A stretch of DNA of 64,000 bases, taken from positions 32,001 to 96,000 of IMG/VR virus record IMGVR_UViG_3300003872_000001, one strand, 5' to 3'. Under the pieces are notes generated by a model. It did not search any database and had not been told where the DNA came from. It saw only the letters and a program-made list of their open reading frames with translations. Shown here in pieces: positions 51,871-61,833 of the stretch (its first letter is position 1; the number at the start of each line of letters is the position of its first letter). Both the position numbers and the translations under genes were made by a program. Origin of the DNA: a virus.

Positions 51871-52299
51871 ATGTCTATTGAATTCGATAAGGATAAGTTT
51901 GATGTCACAATATCAAATGGTGTGGCTAATATCACATATACAGATAAAGAGGCGTTCTTTAAGAACACTAAAATTCCTAAAAAGGTTCTTAAGGAAGTAT
52001 TCGATTATGAGAATGAATACATCCTGGCTGCAAACATAGAGGGTGCAAAGCAAGCCAAGAACTTGATGGGAGAAAACAAAAACCTAGATGAAGTAGTGAC
52101 GGAACTTCCATTTTCACCATCGGCACGTGGTAAGGTTACGGTAGTAGGTAAACGATCACAAAAATTCCGAAGTCCAAAAGATGGTAGTGAGATTGTAAAA
52201 TCCACACTAAGGACAATCGTTAAAAATCCATTCTTAAAAGTAAGTGACTCTAAGATAAAAGAACTCACCAAGGATATGACTGAGACACTTCTATCATAG
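51871..52299 (+). CDS. Small K/E-rich protein, possibly nucleic-acid binding
   Basis: 142 aa, own promoter, AAGGAG RBS and a more GC-rich codon usage than its neighbours. Confidence 0.7.
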   Translation: MSIEFDKDKFDVTISNGVANITYTDKEAFFKNTKIPKKVLKEVFDYENEYILAANIEGAKQAKNLMGENKNLDEVVTELPFSPSARGKVTVVGKRSQKFRSPKDGSEIVKSTLRTIVKNPFLKVSDSKIKELTKDMTETLLS

Positions 52300-52650
52300 T
52301 CCGTAAATTCTACCCAGCTATAGTTTACATATAGTATGGTTGTTTAGCTGCATAAGCCACTTGTTAAATCGTAAAAGAAAGAGTGCACATATCCTACAAC
52401 TCTAGAAGTTTAGTAGAGATCAAGTGATTTCGAAATGATGAAGGATAAATCTTGTGTTTAGTCATAAGAAGATTAGACACAAGCAGTTCATAAAGAGAAC
52501 GGATACTATGTAACGAATAGTATCGAATACACATAAGATAGACCTTAGTTACTCTTTACTCTTAAGAGTAACTCAATAACCTATTGATAATACTCTACAT
52601 TAGGGTTCTAAATAGGTAATACTTAATACTGTAGGCTGCAGAATAAGATA
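52300..52650 (+). ncRNA. Putative structured ncRNA related to the peripheral domains of the resident group I introns
   Basis: ORF-free region with serial hairpins. It shares GTAG..TCAAGTGA..TCGAAATG, GCAGTTCATAA.GAGAACG and stem-TGTAACGAA-stem-GAA with introns 3 and 4, but has no P/Q/R/S core. Confidence 0.7.
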
Positions 52651-52659
52651 AGTATACGT

Positions 52660-52692
52660 ATATACACTAGTAGCATATGCTACTAGTGTATA
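52660..52692. terminator. Palindromic hairpin (CACTAGTAGC family)
   Basis: tatacactagtagc-atat-gctactagtgtata. Confidence 0.78.
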
Positions 52693-52701
52693 TTATTTTT
52701 T

Positions 52702-53571
52702 TTAGTAGTCGTTAAAACCTACTTTAGATGCAGTAACATTAGCGTCCGCTCCATCTTTATTAGGTACAATCATATCAGTGTCAGGTATTTTATTAAGTAC
52801 ACTTAACGCTGACAATGTTGTTTGTCCTAAGTCCAAAACATTTTCATTGTTCATAGTTATACCAGTCCAGTCAATAGAAAGTTCTTTACCTTCTCCGGCT
52901 GAATTCATATTCCTTTGCCCAGTTCTTTCGCCGTTTGATTTAGGCATCATATTAACTCTTAGCCAAGCATCAACTACAACCTTTTGAGTAATATCAGGTT
53001 CTATAAATAACACCGTACCGGTATAAAAATCTGGAGTATAAATACCAATAGTATCCATATTTTTAATTAAATTAGATACTAATGGTTTTTTAGTATCAGG
53101 ATCCATCATACCATATCGGATTAGAATATCAAAGAACTTAGTAATAGCTTTATTAGCTTTTTCTTTATAAGTTGTAGCTAATGAACTTCTAGCTCTTTTG
53201 ACATCAGTTATTGACTCTTGTTGTTCACCGCCACCGCCAATTGGTGTTTCATCAAATTCAACTGTTAAACCTGAAGTTAAACCAGTTATAGTTAATGGAT
53301 GAAGTTCTATAAGAGCTTTATACGTAGCTATCCATTTTGCCGTGTCTTGCATATATTGAAAAAATCCAGGTGTTCGCAGAACGATCGGGATTACATTATT
53401 CGATACATATGACGCATTCGATATCCATTCGTCATATACTTTACCATCAGCAGCGATAGTACCTATCTTAGGCATATATCCTTGCTGTCCACCATCAACT
53501 AAGTTTGCGGTTGGTGCAGCTTCTGCAAAAAGTTTATTCTTTTCTAAAACAGCATTTTTTAATCTTGCCAT
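52702..53571 (-). CDS. Tail tube protein (phiKZ gp30-like)
   Basis: 289 aa downstream of the sheath gene; ELHP..I.GL...LTVEF, YGMMDPDTK.P and LFIEPD..NMMPK motifs. Confidence 0.85.
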   Translation of the reverse strand: MARLKNAVLEKNKLFAEAAPTANLVDGGQQGYMPKIGTIAADGKVYDEWISNASYVSNNVIPIVLRTPGFFQYMQDTAKWIATYKALIELHPLTITGLTSGLTVEFDETPIGGGGEQQESITDVKRARSSLATTYKEKANKAITKFFDILIRYGMMDPDTKKPLVSNLIKNMDTIGIYTPDFYTGTVLFIEPDITQKVVVDAWLRVNMMPKSNGERTGQRNMNSAGEGKELSIDWTGITMNNENVLDLGQTTLSALSVLNKIPDTDMIVPNKDGADANVTASKVGFNDY

Positions 53572-53650
53572 ATTAAATCCTTTTTTATTTTTTGTAGAAC
53601 TTAAGAAAGCCCTATTTAGTTCCTTTTAAAAGGAACTTATAGATGAGTGA

Positions 53651-55825
53651 TTATTTTTTAGCTAAATCACTTAAACGATGAGCTTCTATTGTTGTTACCT
53701 GAACAGAAAGCATATTAGAGCTGTAGATACTTATTATCAAATTCCAACTATATCCACGTTGTATATCAGCATCTGTAAATACAACTTCTGGAATAATTAC
53801 AAACATACCTGCAAATCGATCTTTAATATTTAGGTTAACAAAATCTACAACTTGTTGTGCGAATTCTGCTTTAGTAAGAGCCACAGAGCCAGTGAAGTTA
53901 CGCCATGCCCAGTCAGCTACTTTTTGTAATGTACAAATTGCTGCAACTGTAAACCAACTATTAAGAACAGAAGTATCATTATCATACACAGTTTGAATAG
54001 CAGGGAAACTATATTGTCGTCTATCATATGGTTGTGCCCATACTAAACCACTATTCCATAAGACTGGCTTAATACCTGCTGGTATGAATTTTGGTTCATA
54101 ATCTATTAATTCTGTTAATATATTTCCTGGAGCTTTATCAAATAGATAAACTGGATTCCATTTACCATCGCCTGCACCCATCATTTTAGATGATTTAATA
54201 AGAAGGCTGTAAGTAGCAGGTATTGCATCTTGTGTACTATTATCAGGCATCTTTCCTGTACCAGCAACTAAAACACCTCTCATAACAGATGTACCAAAAT
54301 ATGTTGATTCCGGAGTTAACTTCAATCGAGTTTTTAGTGCAACAGCAATAGCTCTTTCATCACTGAGTGGTAATGTCTTTGTACCTAATGAAGCATCATG
54401 TGTACCCATAATAACTGCGGTATCTTTTCTAACAGCTATAAAATTACATAATTCTTCTTTAGTTGGTAATGTAAAACCTGAATCATACATAACACTTTCG
54501 ACATTGATTGCCAAATCCATTACAGTACTATTTATATCTAAATATTTCTGCATTTCAGCAACTACTAATTTTTCAAACATTTCATTTGATAGCGTACCAT
54601 CCGAACCACCATTCATAAAGATAGGTGTTTTATAAGAAAATTGTGTTACAGTTTCACCTTTAGTAGGTGTTACATTATTGTCTACTATCAAGCTAAAGTA
54701 GTTGATAGATTTACTAGATTCAGCATTAAAAATATCAAGTAGATAAAATTGTTCTGGGTTCTTAGCAAGTGTAGTGCCAGTATCGGCAAAGTCAAACCAT
54801 GTGGATGTTGCAGCACTTAAGCCATCTTCCCAAACAGTAGGAGTATTGCTAACGTATTTAGCTTCTTCCGCCATAACTAAACCTAATACAAGTTCATAAT
54901 TCTCTTTATAAAATTTCCTATTACCAAAATCACTATATTTAAGAGGTAGTAATGGGTTACCTTCGTTGAACCAGTTGTTATCAAAAACAGCATCAAAATC
55001 ATATCGTGCTTGAGTTAATGGATTTATCGCTTTTTCTCTAAATGTAAACATTACACTTGGTTCACCGTACAATGATCTCATTCTAACAGGTGTAGCATTA
55101 GGATTTGGTCGTTCGAATAAAGATAAGTTATATGGTAATGCTTGATTAGCTGTTAGCAATCTGTCATCTATATTATCATGAAGAACTTTATCTATACTAA
55201 AGCCAATATTGTTATATGCTTCACCCTGATATGCAGCTACAAATTCTAGTATAGGATACATAGTTGAAGTAGTTGCTGTACCAGTTGAAGTTTTTCCTTT
55301 TAGGTTACCTGCTTTAGATTTAGCAGTACCAAATGTATACATTGGGTCAGTCATAACTTCAGTTACTATATTAACTTTATGACCACTAATCGTAGGTGTG
55401 GTAGTATTAGCTATCGGGTCACCGTTAGTGTCTAGTACATAATCACCTGTTGATGTTCTTTTATAATTAGGGATTTGATCCGCTACTATATCTAAATAAA
55501 CTACTATATTAGATTTAATACCAGCATCAGTAGGTATAACTCGCTGAGCCATAACTGTAGAACCAGCTCCGACAGCACCAGTTAAAAATCTAGTAGAATG
55601 ATTATAATACTGTTTATTCATATCAAATGTTTCTTCGCCATACATAAGTAACATAGGTCCACCAGCTGTAAGTGTAGGGACTGTTGTTCCTTTTCTAGCA
55701 AAAATGAAACTTTTCAATAGATGTTGCGGTATTTCTAATGCACCAGGTTTAATAACTCTGGTACTAAGGTCATCAGTACCTAAGCTCTTATTCATTGGGG
55801 AACTAGAGATAATATTTAAAGACAT
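53651..55825 (-). CDS. Contractile tail sheath protein (phiKZ gp29-like)
   Basis: 724 aa; GT.D.S.R, IPQHL, YGEETFD, GGSDGT, YDSGF and FPAIQTVYDNDTSVLNS motifs. Confidence 0.88.
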   Translation of the reverse strand: MSLNIISSSPMNKSLGTDDLSTRVIKPGALEIPQHLLKSFIFARKGTTVPTLTAGGPMLLMYGEETFDMNKQYYNHSTRFLTGAVGAGSTVMAQRVIPTDAGIKSNIVVYLDIVADQIPNYKRTSTGDYVLDTNGDPIANTTTPTISGHKVNIVTEVMTDPMYTFGTAKSKAGNLKGKTSTGTATTSTMYPILEFVAAYQGEAYNNIGFSIDKVLHDNIDDRLLTANQALPYNLSLFERPNPNATPVRMRSLYGEPSVMFTFREKAINPLTQARYDFDAVFDNNWFNEGNPLLPLKYSDFGNRKFYKENYELVLGLVMAEEAKYVSNTPTVWEDGLSAATSTWFDFADTGTTLAKNPEQFYLLDIFNAESSKSINYFSLIVDNNVTPTKGETVTQFSYKTPIFMNGGSDGTLSNEMFEKLVVAEMQKYLDINSTVMDLAINVESVMYDSGFTLPTKEELCNFIAVRKDTAVIMGTHDASLGTKTLPLSDERAIAVALKTRLKLTPESTYFGTSVMRGVLVAGTGKMPDNSTQDAIPATYSLLIKSSKMMGAGDGKWNPVYLFDKAPGNILTELIDYEPKFIPAGIKPVLWNSGLVWAQPYDRRQYSFPAIQTVYDNDTSVLNSWFTVAAICTLQKVADWAWRNFTGSVALTKAEFAQQVVDFVNLNIKDRFAGMFVIIPEVVFTDADIQRGYSWNLIISIYSSNMLSVQVTTIEAHRLSDLAKK

Positions 55826-55969
55826 GTTGTCTCCTTATTAATTTATTTCTTTAAGGTTAATTAAAACCAAGAGTATATGCATACTCATTAGTGTAATTCT
55901 ACACTATATCACATGTGATAGTTTGTTTTGTAACAAATTCTCAACTAAATGAAAAATTTTAACTAGATA

Positions 55970-57769
55970 TTAGTAGAATTTACTTATAGATTCTGTTTTA
56001 GTAGTGGTGTCTAATATAGCCCTTAATACATCACCAGTTTTCAATTTTATACAAGTATTAGGTTCTGTATTATTTACATTAGGATTAACTATATCGTCTA
56101 ATGTTCCATTTATAGGGTTATAAATCATAAAGTTATTAGAATCAGTATAATTAGTTTTAAAGATAACTGAATTGGTATTTACAAGATCAACTTTTTGTAA
56201 ATCACTATTTCTAAAGGCTTTTGGTACTCTCACACCATCCAACCATATTTTTTCTTTTATATTATAGTCTTTGCTTATAGCGCTTGTACCGCCCATAACA
56301 GTAACACGACCATCATGTTGGTCTACTAATGTTGCATTACCTAATCCGGTTAATGGTACCTTTGTAACTGTAGTTACAGCTTTCGTAGTGAAATTTATAG
56401 ATTTTAATATTGAACCTCCTACTGGAAGATATATGGCTTCATCCACACCAGTCATAACTATTCCGTTTGTTTTACCTAAAGGTATGGTTTCATCAGCTAA
56501 TGTTATAGTTTGTTTAAACTGGACAGTATTAGTATAAGCATCAAAATCGTATATATCAAATACTACATCTCCATTATTATTAACTGTATTAATTACTAAT
56601 AAGTTATTAGGTAATAATTTTATCCACATATTACTTTTATTATTATATAATGTAACATTAGGTAAAGTTTTAACAATATTTAATCTTTGAGTACTCCTAT
56701 CATAATTTGCTAATACAAATTGTCCATTACTAACCATCGGTATCTGTTTAGTATATATTTCATTAGTTACCATAAATGGTGGCATAAGATTATTAGTAGT
56801 ATCATACATAAACTTTGTTTTATTTGCATATGTAAAATTCTTATCTATTATATCAAATTCATTAATAGTAACTGTGTTTAATGTAATTTCATTAGTTAAA
56901 TAACTACCATCACCAACCATACTTAAAAGAGTTATTGTATAAGTATTATTATCGGCTAATAACTCTCCGGGTATTAAAACTCTGGGAGCTGTTGGTAATA
57001 TGTTTTTACTATATATAGGATCTTTTGTAAATGTGTCAAATACCTCTAATTTTATAACACCATAGTCTTTATATTGGTTAACTTTTTTAAAATTAATTAT
57101 ATAATCATTATAAGGATATACTCTATTATTATTGGTATTAGTTATTTCATAATTAAACAAATTATTAGATAGTATAATGTTTCTTATACCAGCTCTACTA
57201 GTCATCCCACTACCTGTACCATGTATAGCTATAATTTTTAACATAGCTAAATTATATAAATTGATATCTGCCTTATTGATAGTAATACTAGTTAGGTTAG
57301 TAGTATCAGCTAAAGAAGCAAATACTACATCACCTGTGCCATTGTATATTACCCAATCTGTTAAACTATGACCTTCTAATGTACTTTTAAAAGTACTAGT
57401 TTTAATCGTAAAAGTAGATTTACTTTTATCTTTTATTTCATCTTCATTTATATAAACCATAGGAGTATCAATAACCACATCTACATTTATCAATAAGGTA
57501 CTTGCATTATCTTCCACACTACCTCTCACTGGCACCAAATCACTCCAACCTGAACTCGTATTATTATTAAAGAATCTTTCTGCTCTGATATAATATACAG
57601 CGTTAGTAGGTGGTGTTATATTACTATAATATATATCTAAGAATTCTGTACTATTATAAAGACTATCTAACTTAATAGTCATTGCAGCATCACCCCAAAC
57701 TTCCCATGATGTTTGGATATGATCTACATTATTAATAGGTACCCATTTCTTAATTTTAAGTGTAATCAT
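55970..57769 (-). CDS. Probable tail/baseplate-associated beta-rich protein
   Basis: 599 aa. Repeated H..T.W.I/V beta-sandwich segments are followed by propeller-like repeats; it lies upstream of the sheath gene. Confidence 0.55.
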   Translation of the reverse strand: MITLKIKKWVPINNVDHIQTSWEVWGDAAMTIKLDSLYNSTEFLDIYYSNITPPTNAVYYIRAERFFNNNTSSGWSDLVPVRGSVEDNASTLLINVDVVIDTPMVYINEDEIKDKSKSTFTIKTSTFKSTLEGHSLTDWVIYNGTGDVVFASLADTTNLTSITINKADINLYNLAMLKIIAIHGTGSGMTSRAGIRNIILSNNLFNYEITNTNNNRVYPYNDYIINFKKVNQYKDYGVIKLEVFDTFTKDPIYSKNILPTAPRVLIPGELLADNNTYTITLLSMVGDGSYLTNEITLNTVTINEFDIIDKNFTYANKTKFMYDTTNNLMPPFMVTNEIYTKQIPMVSNGQFVLANYDRSTQRLNIVKTLPNVTLYNNKSNMWIKLLPNNLLVINTVNNNGDVVFDIYDFDAYTNTVQFKQTITLADETIPLGKTNGIVMTGVDEAIYLPVGGSILKSINFTTKAVTTVTKVPLTGLGNATLVDQHDGRVTVMGGTSAISKDYNIKEKIWLDGVRVPKAFRNSDLQKVDLVNTNSVIFKTNYTDSNNFMIYNPINGTLDDIVNPNVNNTEPNTCIKLKTGDVLRAILDTTTKTESISKFY

Positions 57770-57868
57770 ATCTATCTCCTGTAATTTGAATATTCAACTA
57801 ATTATCACCACCCCTCGTAAAAAATCAAATATTCTCTAATACTATGAGTACATAAATAAGGAAATAAA

Positions 57869-60298
57869 ATGCAAATAAAGAAACTTATTTTACATAAATA
57901 TAATAGATATAATTTTAATAATATAGAAACTTTAGAATATACACCACAACAACATTTACAAATTATACTAGGTACTAATTTAAGTGGTAAAAGTTCTACT
58001 ATGAAAGAGCTATCACCTCTTCCTGCTGATATTAAAAAAGATTTTAAAGAAGGAGGTTACAAAAAAATAACTATACTTCATAATAACAAAGAATACGATA
58101 TATCATCTGGTGTAATAAGTTCTACCAAACATAGTTTTAAAATAGATAATATAGAACAGAACCCTACTGGTCTTAGAAAAATACAATTAGAGTTAGTAAA
58201 AGAACATTTTAATTTAACACCACAAGTATTCAGCATTATATTAGGTACTCATAAATTCACAGGAATGTCTATAGCTGATAGAAGAAAATGGTTAACTACT
58301 ATATCTAATGTTGACTACACTTATCCCCTGGGTGTTTATAACAAGATAAAAAATAATTACAGAGATATAGTCGGCGCTCTTAAAATAGCTAATAATAAAC
58401 TATTGCAAAATACTGATAAAGTAATTGAGCCAAAACTTAAATCTAAATTATTAAAAGATTTAGAGCACCTTAATAAACTAATAGACCATATCTTATCTAC
58501 TAAAACAAATGTTAATTATAATGAATCTAATTTCGTATCAGTATTAAAAACTTCTATAGCTGAAGTAAGACAAGCACTAAGTACTTTAAATCTTAATATA
58601 GAAAACCCTGAAGAAAAAGTAGTCGCTAAACAATATGAGTTGAAAACAGTTATAAATAATATAACTATGATCAATGATAAACTAAATAAGATATCTAAAA
58701 TAGATACTAGTTTAGATTTAAAAACTTTATATAAAGAAAAAGACATTTTAACACAACAATTAAAAGAGTTAAGTAGCTTAAATAAATATGGAGTTGATCT
58801 CGACATCATAGATACGGTTATTGCTTCTTATAATGAAATCTCAACTGATATTATATCTCTGTTAAATAACATAGCTGAAATAGATGTTATTTATTCTGCT
58901 GATAAGTTACACAAACTTAATAATAAAATAAACCAATTTAATTCTGATAAAGAAAAGATCACTAACCATATAAATAGGTTACAATTAGAAAAGAAAAAAT
59001 ATGATGACCTATTAAATAAACCATCTATAACATGTGACAAATGTGGTAATGAGTGGAAACTTAATTATGATAAGATAACACATACTAATGTTATAGAAAA
59101 ACTAAGTTCATTAGAAGATCAACTCGATAAGTTAAATAATGTTATTGAAACAACTAAAAAGATATATGACGAATATATAGTTAAAAAGAATAGTATAGAT
59201 AACTTAAGGAATTATATTAAAAATAATATAGTAATTAAACCTATTTTTAATTACATATTTACTAAATATGATCTACAAAAAGATACAGGTCCTATACTTA
59301 ATGAATTTAATATGGTTACGATATTCCTTAATAGGATAAAAAATTATACTGCTATTAAAGATAAGTTAATATCATTAGAGAATGATATCAACATAGTTAA
59401 AACTTCGGATAAAGTTAAAAATGAATTAACTATATTAAATAAAGAATCTCTTAATAAAGATTTATCTTCGAATATAGCTAAAAGAGAGGATCTATTAAAA
59501 CAGATAAAAGATTTAAATAATTATATTAATAAGAAACAAGAAATCACAGTGTTAGCCGATAAATTAAAAAATGCTATTAAGCAAACCTATCGACATAGAG
59601 ATTATACCTTAAATAAGATAAAAAATGAACATCTTAATGAACTTGTTAATCTCCTCAGATATGATGTATCACAGATAGAATCTAGACTTAAGGATGATGA
59701 GTTAGCTGCTACTAGAACTCATATTATAAAAAAAGATATCGATGAATATCAATCTAAAGAAAAAATACTTAAAATCATGATGAAAGAATTATCACCTACA
59801 GAAGGTCTTATAGCTAAGAGTATCAATAGTTTCTTAAATTTATTCATTAAAGATCTTAATATCATAGTCAATAGTCTATTTATTAATGATATTAAAGTAT
59901 TAGCTCCTAATATAGAAGATGGTGATCTTGACTACAAATTCCCTATCCTTATGAATAATACTGATACAATAAATGATGTCTCAGAAGGCAGTACTGGTCT
60001 TAAAGAAGTATTAGATTTAGCATTTAGAATTATATTTATGAAATATTTAGGTCTTAACGATTTTCCTTTATACCTAGATGAATATGCTGTAAATGCAGAT
60101 ACCGGTAATAGAATAAAAGCTTATACTGCTATTGAAACCATATTAGGTCCTAATTTTAGTCAAGTATTTTTAATAAGTCATTTTGAAAGTATGTTCGGTA
60201 GATTCAGTAATGCTGATATATCTGTTCTTAGTAAAGAGAATTTACTTATAGATGATGATCTAACATATAACCAACACCTTAAACTAACTTATAACTGA
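57869..60298 (+). CDS. sbcC: SbcC/Rad50-like SMC-family ATPase (phiKZ gp165-like)
   Basis: Walker A GTNLSGKSS, coiled coils with a central CDKC zinc hook, signature SEGSTG, Walker B LYLDE and H-loop ISH. Confidence 0.9.
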   Translation: MQIKKLILHKYNRYNFNNIETLEYTPQQHLQIILGTNLSGKSSTMKELSPLPADIKKDFKEGGYKKITILHNNKEYDISSGVISSTKHSFKIDNIEQNPTGLRKIQLELVKEHFNLTPQVFSIILGTHKFTGMSIADRRKWLTTISNVDYTYPLGVYNKIKNNYRDIVGALKIANNKLLQNTDKVIEPKLKSKLLKDLEHLNKLIDHILSTKTNVNYNESNFVSVLKTSIAEVRQALSTLNLNIENPEEKVVAKQYELKTVINNITMINDKLNKISKIDTSLDLKTLYKEKDILTQQLKELSSLNKYGVDLDIIDTVIASYNEISTDIISLLNNIAEIDVIYSADKLHKLNNKINQFNSDKEKITNHINRLQLEKKKYDDLLNKPSITCDKCGNEWKLNYDKITHTNVIEKLSSLEDQLDKLNNVIETTKKIYDEYIVKKNSIDNLRNYIKNNIVIKPIFNYIFTKYDLQKDTGPILNEFNMVTIFLNRIKNYTAIKDKLISLENDINIVKTSDKVKNELTILNKESLNKDLSSNIAKREDLLKQIKDLNNYINKKQEITVLADKLKNAIKQTYRHRDYTLNKIKNEHLNELVNLLRYDVSQIESRLKDDELAATRTHIIKKDIDEYQSKEKILKIMMKELSPTEGLIAKSINSFLNLFIKDLNIIVNSLFINDIKVLAPNIEDGDLDYKFPILMNNTDTINDVSEGSTGLKEVLDLAFRIIFMKYLGLNDFPLYLDEYAVNADTGNRIKAYTAIETILGPNFSQVFLISHFESMFGRFSNADISVLSKENLLIDDDLTYNQHLKLTYN

Positions 60299-60323
60299 TG
60301 ATAGCTATAGCTATCATCAGTTA
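60292..60323. terminator. Palindromic hairpin between convergent genes
   Basis: taactgatgatagcta-tagctatcatcagtta is a perfect palindrome. Confidence 0.7.
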
Positions 60324-60324
60324 T

Positions 60325-60948
60325 CTACTTAGCTGGTATATAGTGTTCTTGTATATATTTCTCTAAAGCTTGTAATTTAATTTTATCTTGTTTATATAAT
60401 TCACGCAACTCTATTAGTTGTGTTCTATAACTTTTATAAACTGATTTATCATTTTCACGAAGTTTCTTAAACTTTTCAGCTTCAGTTACTGGTATAACTG
60501 CTACAGCTGATGCTAGTATTTCCTCTACAGTACTATTAACTCCTACTATATCCTTTACATCATTTACTATAGTATCTTTAATTATAGTTAAATCCATATC
60601 AACAGGTATATTACCTAAACTAATAGCTAAAACTCTCTCTTGATAATTTACACCATTTATCTTAGGTATACTTAATATTTTATTCGCTGGTACATAAAAG
60701 AACTCACTACCAGATGTAGTAAATACAACTATAGGGATATCTTTATTTAAATCACTACTAAATTCACTAGAAGATAATCCTACTGGTGTGTATATAGTTA
60801 GATAAGGCTTCTCTCCACTTTTATCTAACTCTACTAGACTCCTAACTGCCTGTACTGTATACTCCTGATTATCTCTAACTATGGTATCGAATGGAGGAGC
60901 AAACTTAAAAAAACCTTTACTACCTATCGGTGGAACTAATGTTAACAT
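60325..60948 (-). CDS. Conserved virion-associated hypothetical protein
   Basis: 207 aa with a PPIG.KG.F.F..PF start and a C-terminal coiled coil; downstream of the spike gene. Confidence 0.62.
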   Translation of the reverse strand: MLTLVPPIGSKGFFKFAPPFDTIVRDNQEYTVQAVRSLVELDKSGEKPYLTIYTPVGLSSSEFSSDLNKDIPIVVFTTSGSEFFYVPANKILSIPKINGVNYQERVLAISLGNIPVDMDLTIIKDTIVNDVKDIVGVNSTVEEILASAVAVIPVTEAEKFKKLRENDKSVYKSYRTQLIELRELYKQDKIKLQALEKYIQEHYIPAK

Positions 60949-60957
60949 ATCATATCC

Positions 60958-61833
60958 TTACATTTTAAAACTATCTATTTTTTTCTTAAGTGCTTTAAAC
61001 TTATTTTTACTAGCAGATGTTCTAGGTACATTAGCACCTAGATTACCTACACCCTCATCATCCATACATACTTGTAGCCAATTGCTCAATATAGATATCA
61101 ATTCACCAGTATCATTTTTTATACTTAATTTCTTAAGTGTTACAGATTTATTATTACCTATTGTTTCAGTACTGTTATTATTTACTGTTTCAGTACGATC
61201 ATTACCTATTTTAGTAATGATGTCATGATTGGCATTAAAAGTGAAATCTTCTTTAGCACTATCTAATTCCATAGAATTATTTTTACCATCTATTAAGGTT
61301 ACAGTGCCATCTTTAGTATTAATTTCAAAATCATAAGTAGTTAGTTCACCATCGCTATCATCTGTATGTAATCTAACAAATTTATTTATAGTATCTATAG
61401 TCCAATAATAAACCTTTTCTAATAAAGTTTTATCTTCTATAGTACCTTTATTGCTGTACACATAAGTAGCTTTTTCTCTTTTCCTAAGATCTAATTCGTT
61501 ATATATAGTTCCCCAAAAGTATTTGTCTGTATTACCATATCTATATATTCTAACAGTCTCACCTTTACATACAGAAGGAGGAGTCAGTCTATTATTATCA
61601 CCATCATTTAACCATTTACACATAATCTTAGTACTCTTAATAATTTTAGTAACTATAGTCTCACCATGTATATTAAGTACTTTAGCATTTTCTATATTTG
61701 TATCATCTATGATACCATTACTACCTGACATTTGTTCTAACGGATGGACTTCAGCCCATACATCATCTTCTGGTAAGTCATGTGTAATCATACCTAGCGA
61801 ATATACGTGTAGTGCACTTGTCTTCATATACAA
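60958..61833 (-). CDS. Baseplate central spike / tail tip protein (phiKZ gp164-like)
   Basis: CKWL....NRLTPP.V.KGETV.IY OB-fold pattern followed by gp5-like beta-helix repeats (IGNDRTETVNNNSTETIGNNKSVT). Confidence 0.8.
   Translation of the reverse strand: MYMKTSALHVYSLGMITHDLPEDDVWAEVHPLEQMSGSNGIIDDTNIENAKVLNIHGETIVTKIIKSTKIMCKWLNDGDNNRLTPPSVCKGETVRIYRYGNTDKYFWGTIYNELDLRKREKATYVYSNKGTIEDKTLLEKVYYWTIDTINKFVRLHTDDSDGELTTYDFEINTKDGTVTLIDGKNNSMELDSAKEDFTFNANHDIITKIGNDRTETVNNNSTETIGNNKSVTLKKLSIKNDTGELISILSNWLQVCMDDEGVGNLGANVPRTSASKNKFKALKKKIDSFKM

Noticed and set aside
52300-52650. A fifth functional cis-splicing intron, or a tRNA/tmRNA
   Set aside because: There are no P/Q/R/S core elements in place, no downstream exon frame, and no cloverleaf or TTCGAATC arm with an acceptor stem.
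441-60323. CRISPR array
   Set aside because: The palindromes are dispersed single copies after genes, with no repeat-spacer periodicity and no cas genes.
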